DNA of 64,000 nucleotides from Phoronis australis (Eukaryota > Animalia > Phoronida): positions 62,001-126,000 of the forward strand of contig NMRA01000569.1 of NCBI GenBank assembly GCA_002633005.1. The letters are read 5' to 3'. Shown piece after piece: positions 28,701 to 39,021 of this stretch; position 1 is the stretch's first letter; every line of letters begins with the position of its first letter. The notes under the pieces are model-generated. The model made no database searches. It was not told the DNA's origin and worked only from the letters and a program-made list of their open reading frames with translations. The translations under genes were made by a program, and so were the position numbers.

Positions 28701-29438
28701 TCAAGTCATGGGAAACTTGGTTTGAGCCAGCTGTTTGTCTGCAGTCCTAGTGTATTGAAAAGTTATGCAACACTAAACTGGTGTTAACACATATAAGAAA
28801 AATTGATGATTTTTAAATAAAAAGTACGAGGAGTAAGATAAACAAGTTCCAATATTTACTTGACATACGGTAGAAGTATAAAAGAGTTCGTGGAGACAGT
28901 TTGAGATTCATAGATCCTTATAAATGAAAAAATGTTCATTGAAATTATAGACACATGGTGAACGGAGACACCTGGTGGCTGCCAAAAGTATTGCTCACAG
29001 GCTACTTTAGTTTTTGACAATATTGGACAAGACAACTTGTTCTTGTCTGTCAATCATCTAAGTTCTTAACAGGTCCTCCTGATGGCAATTTGTTTGCAAG
29101 TGTTGGATTTTATATTTTAACCTATTAAAAATAATTAAAAAGTTATGGGTCATGGGTTGGAGAAATAAATGAAAAATATGGGCGGTGGGTACGAAATAAA
29201 AGTGCCTTCCCCCCCTCCCATACAAATTTTGCTGGAACAGCTCTTAGGGTAAGTCTGTGTGTGGATGGGACATTTTTAGCTCTAAATGTATTCTTTTGAT
29301 TTCTTTGCTCAGCTAGTTGGCATTCTAGTCTTTTATGTTGGAAACTCAGTTTGATTAAATTTTTTGTCAAGCCAAATAAATTGTTGTAGTTTAATTTTGC
29401 AAAATTTCATGCAAGACCGTTTCTACAGGTGAGCAACA

Positions 29439-29469
<31 letters not shown>

Positions 29470-29571
29470 CAACAGAGTAGTGGTGGAAACACTGGAGGGA
29501 CTGCTGGATACAAGGCTCGTGGTGGTGCTACTGCTGCAGCTAACAAGGGATATCATCCATATTCTCGCTGA
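14020..29571 (+). CDS. hnRNP A/B-D family (squid/hrp40-like) RNA-binding protein, paralogue A, 386 aa, 9 coding exons
   Basis: Exons 14020-14150, 18084-18124, 18849-18976, 19244-19423, 23940-24080, 24678-24777, 25231-25470, 27022-27078, 29429-29571; total 1161 nt, phases consistent. RRM1 has RNP2 LFVGGL and RNP1 RCFGFVVY, followed by VDPKRA and KKIFVGGV. RRM2 RNP1 is KGFIFVSF. Then an RGG box, a G/Y-rich tail, poly-Q and the C-terminal PY-NLS-like KARGG...KGYHPYSR*. Confidence 0.93.
14589..15091. mobile_element. hAT-like MITE, TIR CAGGGCTTGGAAT, 6-bp TSD
   Basis: Ends CAAGGCTTGGAAT...ATTCCAAGCCCTG. Flanks GTGGTT/GTTGTT (1 mismatch). An inverted near-identical copy lies at 52387-52877. Confidence 0.85.
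19676..20910. mobile_element. Probable non-autonomous repeat (Helentron/DINE-like layout) with poly-T tract
   Basis: Short terminus, T34 tract, then the core GTCGCAATTTTCGTCCGATCATCACCAAATTT, and an internal ~160-bp duplication (20562/20721). Boundaries and class are uncertain. Confidence 0.4.
21234..21367. mobile_element. Tiny piggyBac-type MITE
   Basis: TTAA|CTCATTCGACCCTGA ... TCAGGGACGAATGAG|ATAA. Confidence 0.55.
21944..23328. mobile_element. PIF/Harbinger-type non-autonomous element, CTG TSD, nested in an older repeat
   Basis: TIR GGCCCGGTCTCCAATCTCCGTACTCAGACTC (about 31 bp, perfect). TSD CTG at 21941-43 and 23329-31. Subterminal TACTCGA/TCGAGTA repeats. The host repeat (AAACCTGGTTT/AGACCAGG motifs) spans about 21803-23440. 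Confidence 0.88.
23564..23707. mobile_element. Short hAT-like MITE (CAGGGGCGGATCCAGG family)
   Basis: CAGGGGCGGATCCAGG ... CTTGGATCCACCTATG with flanks CGTAG/CATAG. Related short elements at about 15745-15918, 33711-33860 and 36489-36744. Confidence 0.65.
25832..26257. mobile_element. Harbinger-type MITE, short diverged member of the GGGCTGTTCCAG family
   Basis: TAA|GGGCTGTTCCAGCAAAATC ... GATTTTGCTGGAACATCCC|TGA. Same orientation as the 28414-29243 copy. Confidence 0.8.
26292..26445. mobile_element. Rearranged fragment of the CAGGGCTTGGAAT hAT-like MITE
   Basis: 26292-26400 matches about 52406-52520 in direct orientation. The terminal ~30 bp (…TGTCATTGGTCATTCCAAGCCCTG) follows in inverted orientation. 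Confidence 0.75.
26453..26875. mobile_element. Partial Tc1/mariner (Tc2-type) MITE, inverted relative to 30137-30560
   Basis: Ends GGGCGGTTATTACGGCGAATACGG|TA. The body is the reverse complement of about 30137-30560. Confidence 0.85.
27369..28292. mobile_element. Harbinger-type (Tourist-like) MITE, TTA TSD, with a 110-bp tandem duplication of one end
   Basis: TTA|GGGCTGTTCCAG ... CTGGAACAGCCC|TTA. 28073-28182 is repeated at 28183-28292. Confidence 0.92.
28414..29243. mobile_element. Harbinger-type MITE, second full copy, inverted relative to 27369-28292
   Basis: TTA|GGGCTGTTCCAGTAAAATCC ... TTTTGCTGGAACAGCTC|TTA. Reverse complement of the neighbouring copy. Confidence 0.92.
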
Positions 29572-29716
29572 GCTCACGTGGTAATTGTGTATGTATACAT
29601 ATGCATATATTTATGTATATTAAGGTAGTCATATGCGTTGTTTGTAGTGAAGGTATAGTTAATGAGTACTAAACTTGAGACGCAGTGTCACGGAGATTGA
29701 TGCTTTTGTCTGATAG

Positions 29717-29828
29717 AACTTGCAACTTGCCAATGCAAGGAACATGATTCTGAATAGGGGCTGAGTTAGGTTTTCCACTAAATGTCTTGTGTTGTGGGCC
29801 TGTTGCATCTTGGTCAAGGTGGAATAAG
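29717..29828 (+). other. Candidate 112-nt cassette (NMD-inducing) exon inside the 3'UTR intron
   Basis: Acceptor GCTTTTGTCTGATAG|, donor AAG|GTATAT, internal TAGG motifs. Predicted from splice signals only. Confidence 0.4.
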
Positions 29829-30136
29829 GTATATCACACATACTAAAATGGGTAGATAGCTCATTCTCCTGTTTATTTCAAGCTTTATCTGCTAGTTATT
29901 GTTAATTTGTTGATGTCTACATACAAGCAACGAAAATAAATTGGATAGTATGTGTCGTCGTTATTATGGTCCTTTTGTAAGTAGAGTTCTGTAACAGTCC
30001 CTCTCTTTTGTTTCGTTATATATATTTATATTGACTATACCCAATTTCAAAGCCAGCCTTTTGTAAATATGCATGTGAGTTGTGTCAACTGATGGCAGTG
30101 CATGCAGACATTGCCCCACAGACATGGTGACACAAC

Positions 30137-31538
30137 TACCGTAATAACCGCCCAGGGTGCTTAGAAAAGTTCGGTTCAAGGGGGGCGCTTATTATAAGCC
30201 AAGGCGGTTGAAACCCGGTCTCCGAAACAGGTGAAATCGGAAGCTAAGATTCATCAAATTTACGTTCTGTGACGTATCTGTAATCTATGAAGACTTCCAA
30301 CAAAACTGTGGTGCATTGCTATCAAATTTTGCTCCTAAATTACGATCATTTTACAGAAAATTGTGCTGAAATCCCAGGGCGAAAACTCGCCAACTGACTG
30401 CTTCGAAATTGCCGATTTCGATATGGCGACTTCAATGCTTGAATAAAAATGGTTTTGATAAAGTACCTGAAATCCACATTAAGTTTTATAAGTAGCGTCT
30501 GTAAGGTTTTTTAAGTTCCCGTGGAGTCTGGATTTATGGTAGTTTTAAGTACAAATCTGCGCAACATCGTGCCATCTACATGAATGATCGGCAACACGGC
30601 AAGAAAAATGTCTGGACGAACTCACATGTTGTTGTCACATGACGTTTGTTTTGAAGTTCGTCTGCGAGTAAGCGAGCGCGTGCGTGTAACCAGAGTTCAT
30701 TTGCCAAAGCAGAGACCGTCTTTTGGCCAGAGCCAAGCAATCTAACGAGCTAGATGTGCATTGTGTCTAAAGAAATTTGCACAAGCAGTAGGCCTAAACC
30801 AGAGCGTGTTTCATTCAGCACTTGCCGGTCTCATGCTAAAAACGTTCGACATTTGTTTCGGTAAGGCCCATATTAGTCGCCATGTAGCTGGATGCGTACG
30901 TAACTGTCTGACAGTTATTTTTCGGTGTAAGCATTCACTGTCAGTTGTCATTTTATCGGATATTCGGCTTAAAAACACCAATTATGGTTAATCAAACAAA
31001 CCATCTAAAAAATAACGCAAGCATGTTTTATAGTATTAGAAATTGTCGGAAATTAGGGCCAATATTCATTTCTTACCGATGCTATGCTACCCGTTTCATG
31101 AATGGATAGTTCCCGACTAATGTCTTTGATGACAGCTAGGTTCATACATGTAGCGTGCGCTTTCTGGCCACGTGCGTTCAACACCGAGTTATTTTTATTC
31201 ATTAGACAGTCGATGTGTCTACTGAAAGGTCAGACCATAGTGGGACACGGTCGTCGCGAAAGTAGCAATGCTGTTGCGTTATTTTTGAAGCTCTGTGTTA
31301 CTTTGAAGTGTATAAGTCACGGCTAAATACAAACGTAGCAGTGCCGCTGGTGGTCTAGAAGACCTGCGCAAAACTTTTTTGATAAATTGAAGACGTTACT
31401 GTAGCCGAGTTTTAGGACTGAAGTTACGTCATTGTTCGCATGTACACGTTCATGGACTGGGCGCTTATTTCAGCAAAGTTTGAAAACGCGTGGGGGGCAC
31501 TTATAGGGGCATGGGCGGTTATTACGGCGAATTCGGTA
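30137..31538. mobile_element. Tc1/mariner (Tc2-type) non-autonomous element, TA TSD
   Basis: TA|CCGTAATAACCGCCC ... GGGCGGTTATTACGGCGAATTCGG|TA. The left TIR has a small deletion. No coding capacity seen. Confidence 0.8.
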
Positions 31539-31687
31539 AACATACTAAAAATGTATATATTCACACGATTAACGCTCAGAACTTTGGTCATCATAGACGA
31601 TCAAAGCCTTATGCAAGTTCAACATTTTGCTAATTTTTGATGCCTGTAACTGTTTGTGACTTGAATGCTTTAATCATTCTGTTTTAG

Positions 31688-31915
31688 GTCAAGATAAGTC
31701 AACCAGGGAAGTTTGAAAGACTGAGCTGGGACGTTTTATTGACTTTTAACTGTGTTGCAATAGCAATTATCATCGAAGGAGTGACCTGATTGGATGTATT
31801 GCATGGGTCTAGAGAGATGAAACTTGATGTATACTGAAACTAATTAATGCTTTATCAGTTTTAATTTTTATATTTGTCAGTGTCTGAAATAAATGGTCTT
31901 TTCATAGCTACTCTA
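31688..31915 (+). other. Probable non-coding terminal exon of hnRNP gene A (3'UTR intron 29581-31687)
   Basis: Donor GTG|GTAATT 9 nt after the stop codon. Acceptor TTTAATCATTCTGTTTTAG|G at 31687. AATAAA at 31888-31893. Confidence 0.65.
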
Positions 31916-33936
31916 TTTACTTTTAAGGTAACTGACTTCTTTTGCTACCATGGGACAATTCTCCAAAATTATTCGTTAGGTGTGCTCCCTGCATGTAGGA
32001 AAGTTTGATGTAACACCACATTGTGAAGTTCTGAGCCGTGTTTCAAAAGTTGAGTTTTGTCAACTAAAGAAGACAAATGAGTGTTGTTTTTTTTTCGGGA
32101 GAAATAAGTGACATGAAGATAACGTGTATCAAGTTATTTTTTCTGAATTAGTAGGAAAAAAGATTAGAATGGGGAAACAAGTCCTGAATTGGCTTCTTAT
32201 CTACTATCAGTCTCAATCCTTGAAGTCCTTTGGCGAGCAATAAAATATGAGCATGGAAATATTGTCTGAATGTTTGTAACCAGTCTGGTGTCTGCAAACG
32301 GTAGTGTCACTTTTGTGCATAGATGTGTTCTGTGCTTGTTATGTTTAGTAGTTCAAAAATGTATGATTTCGGGGGTTAGAAAATATTGAAAAATTTAGTT
32401 CAAGTGTTCATATCCAATTTTCACTGAAGAGGTCCCAACTTAACAACTCTACCTTGTATGGCAACTTTCTGCTAGTCTTGCTTAGAGCAGTAACACTGTC
32501 CATGGGTGTCTTAATATGGAAACATCTTAGATTCATGCACAGGAGTCTGAGCCCTTGCTGTATGCATGCACCACGCATCACATTGACAAAAAATTGCTCA
32601 TTTGGCAGACAATATAGCTTGTATAGGGCGCTCGATTCGTACATTCCAAGCGAGTTGTGCAGAGGGGCTTTTCTTTAGATTCGCAATAGGGACGTGGGAT
32701 TGCACTTGTCCCCTCATCTGTCGTGTAGTGTTGACAGAGGCTTGTTGCACAAATGGGAACAAGGATTTGTTTCGGAGGCTTAAAAGGATACCAAACCTGT
32801 CTTGGCCTATTAACGACTTTCCTATCAGGAAACGCAGTCCGTGCAAGTATTATTACAATGCGCGTGGCCGACGAGTTAACTCAATGGTTTTGGCCAAAAG
32901 TAAAACCTTCAGAAGAAATCACAGTACACAAAAAACTTCGCATATCAATACAGTATCAGGATATTTTATATTTGACACAAATATGTGAGTAATTACATTT
33001 ATTTGGCAATAAAGTGCTCTCTGCTTCTCATGATCAAGTAGTCGATGGATTGACGGCGAAAGCCGCGCGAAATTAGACTTTCGGATTTAGCTCGGGAGCG
33101 TCTGTAAAACCCGGATGTGCGAAGACCGTCTGCCATGACATCACGGAATTAGGTCCTTGAATTTGTGATTTTGGCATTATTTTGGCATTTTTGTCGCCAA
33201 ATTACCACTTGAAGGCAATTTGAAGAGATCGAATGAAAGAAAGTATTCTAAGAGTTGTCCGATGCTAGTTTCGTGGAGTTCCATGCACATTTGAGTAGAA
33301 AATTCTAGCAAACAGATTTCGAGTGTCCAACCTTTATGTTGTCATTGAGTGACGTCATTTGCGATAAACCCAAGCGCCTGTGATCACATCGTAGAATTAA
33401 ACCAGTCTCAGGCTGTTTGCTCACCTAAAGCAGTTGAAAAGATATTGGAGGTTGGACTAATCCAGCCAGGGCAACGGAACGGTGCGTGGAAAGAATTGCC
33501 AGATACGTGTAGCTTACAGGTTTGTCGAATAATTTTGCAGGTATATTGCGGAATCACCTAGGAGTGTACCTCCAGTGTGGCTGGATACTACCATTATGAA
33601 CAAAAATAAAATTAAAACGAAACAATGCATTAATTAGCCTTGGTCTAATGCGAACAACACTCTATTAAAACCAGGCAAGTGCCCTGTAGTGGGCCCTGTG
33701 GTAAAGACAACAGTGGCAGATTTAGAGGAGGGCCATGGCATGGCCCCCTAAAATTCTCCCAGTTTCCATTTGGCAGTTCGGGGGTACGAATATCTGACAA
33801 GCAAATTCCATGCTAATACTCTACCATGCCCCCCAACTCAAAATCCTGGATCCGCCCTTGGCCGGAAGTTAGCCCAGCTGTCCGGGCTCCGCTGCCGCGG
33901 CTTTTCCATCATCAATGTTTAACTCCGGCCAATACG

Positions 33937-34255
33937 CAGTTCAGTGAAAATGCCAACCGAAAACGGGCGTGTGTTCAGTAGACGCTAGGACCTAGCTAAA
34001 ACATGTTCTCATTGAAAATGCACGGCAGTATCTCACGTAATCTCGCAAAGTCTTGTTTTGTAACGAGGTCCTCTCTAGTGTTACTCAACGGGAGGCGGCC
34101 TCCCGTTCAGTAACGCTAGGACCTCGCTAAAAGGCAAGACTTCGCGAGATTACGTGAGATATTGCCGCCTGCATTTTGAATGAGAGCATGTTTTAGCTAG
34201 GTCCTAGCGTCTACTGAACACACGCCCGTTTTCGGTTGGCATTTTCACTGAACTG
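33937..34255. repeat. About 320-bp near-perfect palindrome followed by degenerate tandem half-copies (to about 34520)
   Basis: CAGTTCAGTGAAAATGCCAACCGAAAACGGGCGTGTGTTCAGTAGACGCTAGGACCTAGCTAAAACATG... is mirrored around GGGAGG-CGG-CCTCCC (about 34097). A related motif occurs at about 14470-14515. Confidence 0.9.
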
Positions 34256-36084
34256 ACTTTGACTAGGTTTTAGCTAGGTCCTAGCGTAGGTCCTAGCGTC
34301 TACTGAACGCACGCCGGTTCAATAACGCTAGGTCCTCGCTAAAAAGCAAGACTTCACGTGAGATATTGCCGTGTATTTTTAATACGAACACGTGACTTTG
34401 ACTAGATTTTAGTTGGGTCCTAGCGTCTACTACCCTCTGACACAGCGCCACCTATACTGCAACTTTCGTGTAGCATTGTGATGGAGTGTAAGCGTCTACG
34501 GTCTACTGAACGCACGCCTGCCTATTAGACCGGCAGCCCAGAGCACTTAGCATAGATGAACGAGGTACCAACATCTGACCACGGGAGCATTTAAAGTCCA
34601 CCTCAGTATGTACAGAAATGGACGTCTGCGTTGTCTGCACTCTGGGTGTGACCCCTGGGGGCCTTACAAACAGCCCAAAAAATAAGCTAGACTAGATATT
34701 CGAGGTACCAACCAAAACTGATTTAAAACGAAGAATAGTACCGCACTGAACACCAAATGACCCATGACAGACAAATTGCACTCTGGAATGGGTCCGGCAG
34801 AAACCAAAAAAGGACCCCCCCCCAAAAATGAGCTAGCACATACATTCGAGGTACCACACAAAACCAATTCCATATGATTCAATACATGTCACAGATCACT
34901 AAATACCCTATGATAGACAAATTACACTCTGGATTGTGCCCGGCAGAAACCCCCAAAAATCTCAACCACGGTATGCCATCAAAAATTTGACCTAGACTAG
35001 ATTTTCAAAGTACGGGCAAAAACTGATCTTAAACAAACAATAGTAACACACTGAACTCCAAATGACCCATGACCGACAAATTACACTCTGGAATGGGTCC
35101 AACAGAAACCAAAAAAGGACCCCCTAAAAATGAGCTAGCTTATACATTTGAGGTACCTCACAAAACCAATCAGTCCATGAGGTTCAATACATGTCACAGG
35201 ACAATAAATGCCCTATGACAGACAAAATACACTCTGGACTGTGCCTGGAAGAAACCCTCAAAAATCTCAACCACAATATATGCTATCAAAACTTTGAGGT
35301 ACATTAGATACCCGAGGTACCGGCTAAAACTGACTTGAAACCAATAATCCACCAGATGACCCATGACAGACAACAAATTGTGCTCTGGAAGGCGTTCGCC
35401 AGAAACTCAATTACACTGTAAAAGAAGCTAGGTCATCATTCGGGGTACCACAATAAACAATTCCACGTGATTCAAATAGATGTTACTGGTTACCAAATAC
35501 GCTATGACAGTTAAAACCCAGTGTGCATGGGTTGTGCTCGCCAGCCCAAGAAATCTCAACTACCGGTCAGTAATTTTGAATATATTTAATTGACATATTA
35601 GATAATGAGCTTATACTTTTGCGTCTACTGAGCTCTCACACTGGATGTCAAATGGATGATGGCGGACAGTAAGCATTTTGGAAAGTACCTGATAACAGTA
35701 AAACTTTGGGATACCAGGAACTGTCTAAAACCAACCCACTCAATGAAGTTTAAGAACGCAGATTGTGTAAAACATAAAACGCTATCAAAACTGCCAACAG
35801 AAAGGATACGTCAACGACAACACATGGCCCCTAAATTTGCGCTAGATCGAGGAACCAAGAAAATTATTTCCACGGAACCCTTTCATCTCATTGACTACTA
35901 AACAATACGTTGAAAGAAAAGTAACAGACGTGTTTTTAAAAACCTTCTTCAATCAAAATAAACTACATGAAATAGAGCAACACTTTCAAACAGCATAGTA
36001 ACAGATAGTCAAAATCACTGTATCGACAAAAACATCAAGTTACATACTATATGTTTAATGTCAACAGTAGTTTCCTGTTAGTTT

Positions 36085-37122
36085 TTAATACGTTTCAATA
36101 CCGTCACTGCTACTCCAGCTTGATTCCGGCTCGCTTGTTTCGTCATAGCCCATTTCCTTTACCTCTTGATCGGCTTGGTGTTCTTGTAAAAAACCAGCAC
36201 CTTCAAAAAGGACATCAGGAACGGCAGATCCACAAAACCATTTGGGAGTGTAGTATCCATCTTGTACCTTGCAACCGTAGGTAAGAGGATCCAAACCGTT
36301 TCCCGGATCGGCCGAATCCACTTGGTCTCAGAGCAAGGCAACGTAATGGGCTCGTTTGAGCTTTTTCAATAGTGTCTTTTGGCAAGGAGGAAAAATGCGC
36401 AGTCAATCTTCTTGATGTTGGACATCGGAGAAAATTTTATTGACGAGGGACCAATTGTCTAAAAGCTGACGAACAAAAACATAAAACCCATGCGCGCACC
36501 CAGCCTCTAGTTTTGGGGGGCTCGAATTTCTGACCAAGTGGACCTTTTGCTAACAGAAAAGCTGGAGGACTCTAAAAAAAACGGGGTACCACCTTCAGTA
36601 CTGTGAACTGTGCGTCTGCGCCTTTTTAGTGGACATTTGTCTCGTTTCCACGGACTGTTTGTTTCTCTGAGGCGAACCTTTTTGCCCACTTCGCCAAATG
36701 GGGGGCTCCTTCGAGACTCCCGAGCCCTCCTGGGTGCGCGCATGAAATCTCACCACCATTTACTGTTTTTTGACGTGAAACTGGGCATTTTGGTTAAACA
36801 CTATGAAAACATTTGAAATTATTTCCGTTGCTTTTATGAACTATATTTTATCAATTACAGTTATTACCTTGTTCATTTTTCCGGTCGTCTCTATTATATT
36901 TCAGATATCGGCGCTTCATTGACATCTTTGACTCCTCCCTTCATTAAATAGGAGGCATATGTCTTCTTCTAACTTTCTTCCGTCTGGGACATCTACGCTT
37001 ATTAACTCTGAGAAGAAGCTGATAAGTGTCCCAGATGAGTCTTTCATCAGGATTTCCAGAGGCCTCCCTTTCCCTTTCCTAAACAGTGCTGCTGTGACGT
37101 CACACCCTGTCATTGCATGCAA
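36085..37122 (-). pseudogene. Academ transposase / XPG-like nuclease remnant
   Basis: Motif-bearing fragments at 36916-37122 and about 36085-36410, with frameshift and stop, interrupted by a MITE at 36489-36744. Confidence 0.75.
36489..36744. mobile_element. Short hAT-like MITE nested in the Academ element
   Basis: 15-bp TIR CATGCGCGCACCCAG / CTGGGTGCGCGCATG. Flanks AAACC/AAATC. Confidence 0.7.
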
Positions 37123-39021
37123 TTTTCGCAGCGAGACCCCTTGTTATCGAAACACATCGTTGTTTATATATTTATTTAAATAGCATTGGGACTCCACCAC
37201 GTGGCTGCGCACCAAATTAGGGGTGATTTGTATTTTATCACGGAAGACATTATGTCGGCCATCGACAAATGACTCCGTGAAACTAAAACATTGCAAACAC
37301 TATACACTACACTGAATTTCGCCATCATGTAAAAATTTCTTCAAAACGTTACAACTAGGCGAGTTAATTGTCTTACATATTGACACCCGTCTGCTTTTCG
37401 CTTGTAGTGATCATGAGAGTAAACACAGGCTTTAGTGAACGAAAGTTTTTAATAATTAGTTTTTGCTTCCTGCGGTCCCGCTTTTTGCAGTTAACTTATT
37501 AAATACACAACTTTTGTCACCAATTGTGTACTTCGATTTTCGTGGTGCAATTTTTAATATTTTGTGGTCCAGTTGTTTGGATTTCCCACCCGAGTACTTG
37601 AACTAGCAGGGAAAGCTGCATTTTTTAAGGTCCTTTCTGGTTTTTTGGCAGACTATTTCCGAGTAAAATTTGTCTTTCAAAGGTCATTGGGTTTTCAGTG
37701 CAGCACGATTGTTGGTTTTAAATCAGTTGAAGCTGATACCTTGAAAATCTAACTGCCTCAAAAATGGCAAACCGTGGTTGAGATGTTTGAGGGTTTCTGC
37801 CAGGGACAATCCAGAGTGTATTTTGTCTGCCGGTCATAGGGCATTTAGTGACCTGTGACATGTATTGAATATCATGTAATTGTTTTTGTGGTATCTCGAA
37901 TGTATGTGCTAGCTCATTTTTGGGGGTCTTTTTTGGTTTCTGCCGGACCCATTCCAGAGTGCAGTTTGTCTGTCATGGGTCATTCAATGTTCAGTGCGGT
38001 ACTATTGTTCGTTTTAAATCAGTTTTGGCCGGTACCTCGAAAATCTAGTCTAGATCAAATTTTGGTGACATAACGTGATTGAGATTTTTGGGGGTTTCTG
38101 CCGGGCACAACCCAGAGTGTAATTTGTCTGTCATAGGGGTTTTAGTGATCTGTGTATTGGATCATATGGAATTGGTTTTGTGTGGTACCTCGAATGTATG
38201 TGCTAGCTCATTTTTGGGGTTTCCTTTTTTGGTTTCTGCCGGACCCATTCCAGAGTGCAATTTGTCTGTCATGGGTCATTTGGTGTTCAGTGCGGTACTT
38301 GATTCTTCGTTTTAAATCAGTTTTGGTTGGTACCTCGAATATCTAGTCTAGCTTATTTTTGGGCTGTTTGTAAGGCCCCCAGGGGTCACACCCAGAGTGC
38401 AGACAACGGCAGACGTCCATTTCTGTACATACTGAGGTGGACTTTAAATGCTCCCGTGGTCAGGTGTTGGTACCTCGTTCATCTATGCTCTGGGCTGCCG
38501 GTCTATATCGTTTTCCGGCGCAAGATTATTCAGTGGGATTTGGCTGACCCGTGAACATCATTTTCAACCATGGTTTTACTATATAATGGGATGTTCCTGA
38601 TTTTTGGACGAAATGAAGAGCAATGGGACTAAACTACGCGTATTATCATTATTATTAGCCAGCTTCCGACACTCTGTAGCCTAGTACGGAGTGGTTTGAT
38701 CGCGCAGTTCACACGAAGAGCAGAGAATTTGCGTATCGACATAGTAGGCCTACTAGATCATAGGTGTAACGTAATTTTCATTGCAAATGGTGATTGTTAA
38801 AATTATTAAAAAAAACAAAATAAAATTGCATTTAATTTCCAACATATACTAAAAAACGATTAGAATTTTGGGACTACTTTACGCCTTTGCTTTATCGGCG
38901 GCGCGATACATTGGACAAAGAACGTGTATGGTTAACTAGGCTATATGACTCACCGAGTCTGTGCAGGGCCTATCGTAATTGAGAACTAGGCAACAGCACG
39001 AGGCATTACGCGCACTTCAAG

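Larger units (their letters stand above)
34526..38505 (-). mobile_element. Academ-type DNA transposon, internally deleted (about 4.0 kb)
   Basis: Termini TAGACCGGCAGCCCAGAGC / GCTCTGGGCTGCCGGTCTA. 3-bp TSD TAT (34523-25, 38506-08). TIRs over 700 bp built from ~300-bp tandem units. Internal minus-strand remnants HAMTGCDVTAALFRKGKG, PPCQKTLLKKLKRAHYVALL* and LDPLTYGCKVQDGYYTPKWFCGSAVPD match the XPG/PIN-like C-terminal region recalled for Academ proteins. Confidence 0.85.

Noticed and set aside
32408-32992. Cluster of overlapping short ORFs downstream of hnRNP A
   Set aside because: No recognisable domain or consistent splice structure in any frame. Possibly a decayed repeat.
36507-36530. Helitron 3' end (CTAG with upstream GC-rich motif)
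   Set aside because: Better explained as the interior of the TIR element 36489-36744, and there is no A|T insertion context.
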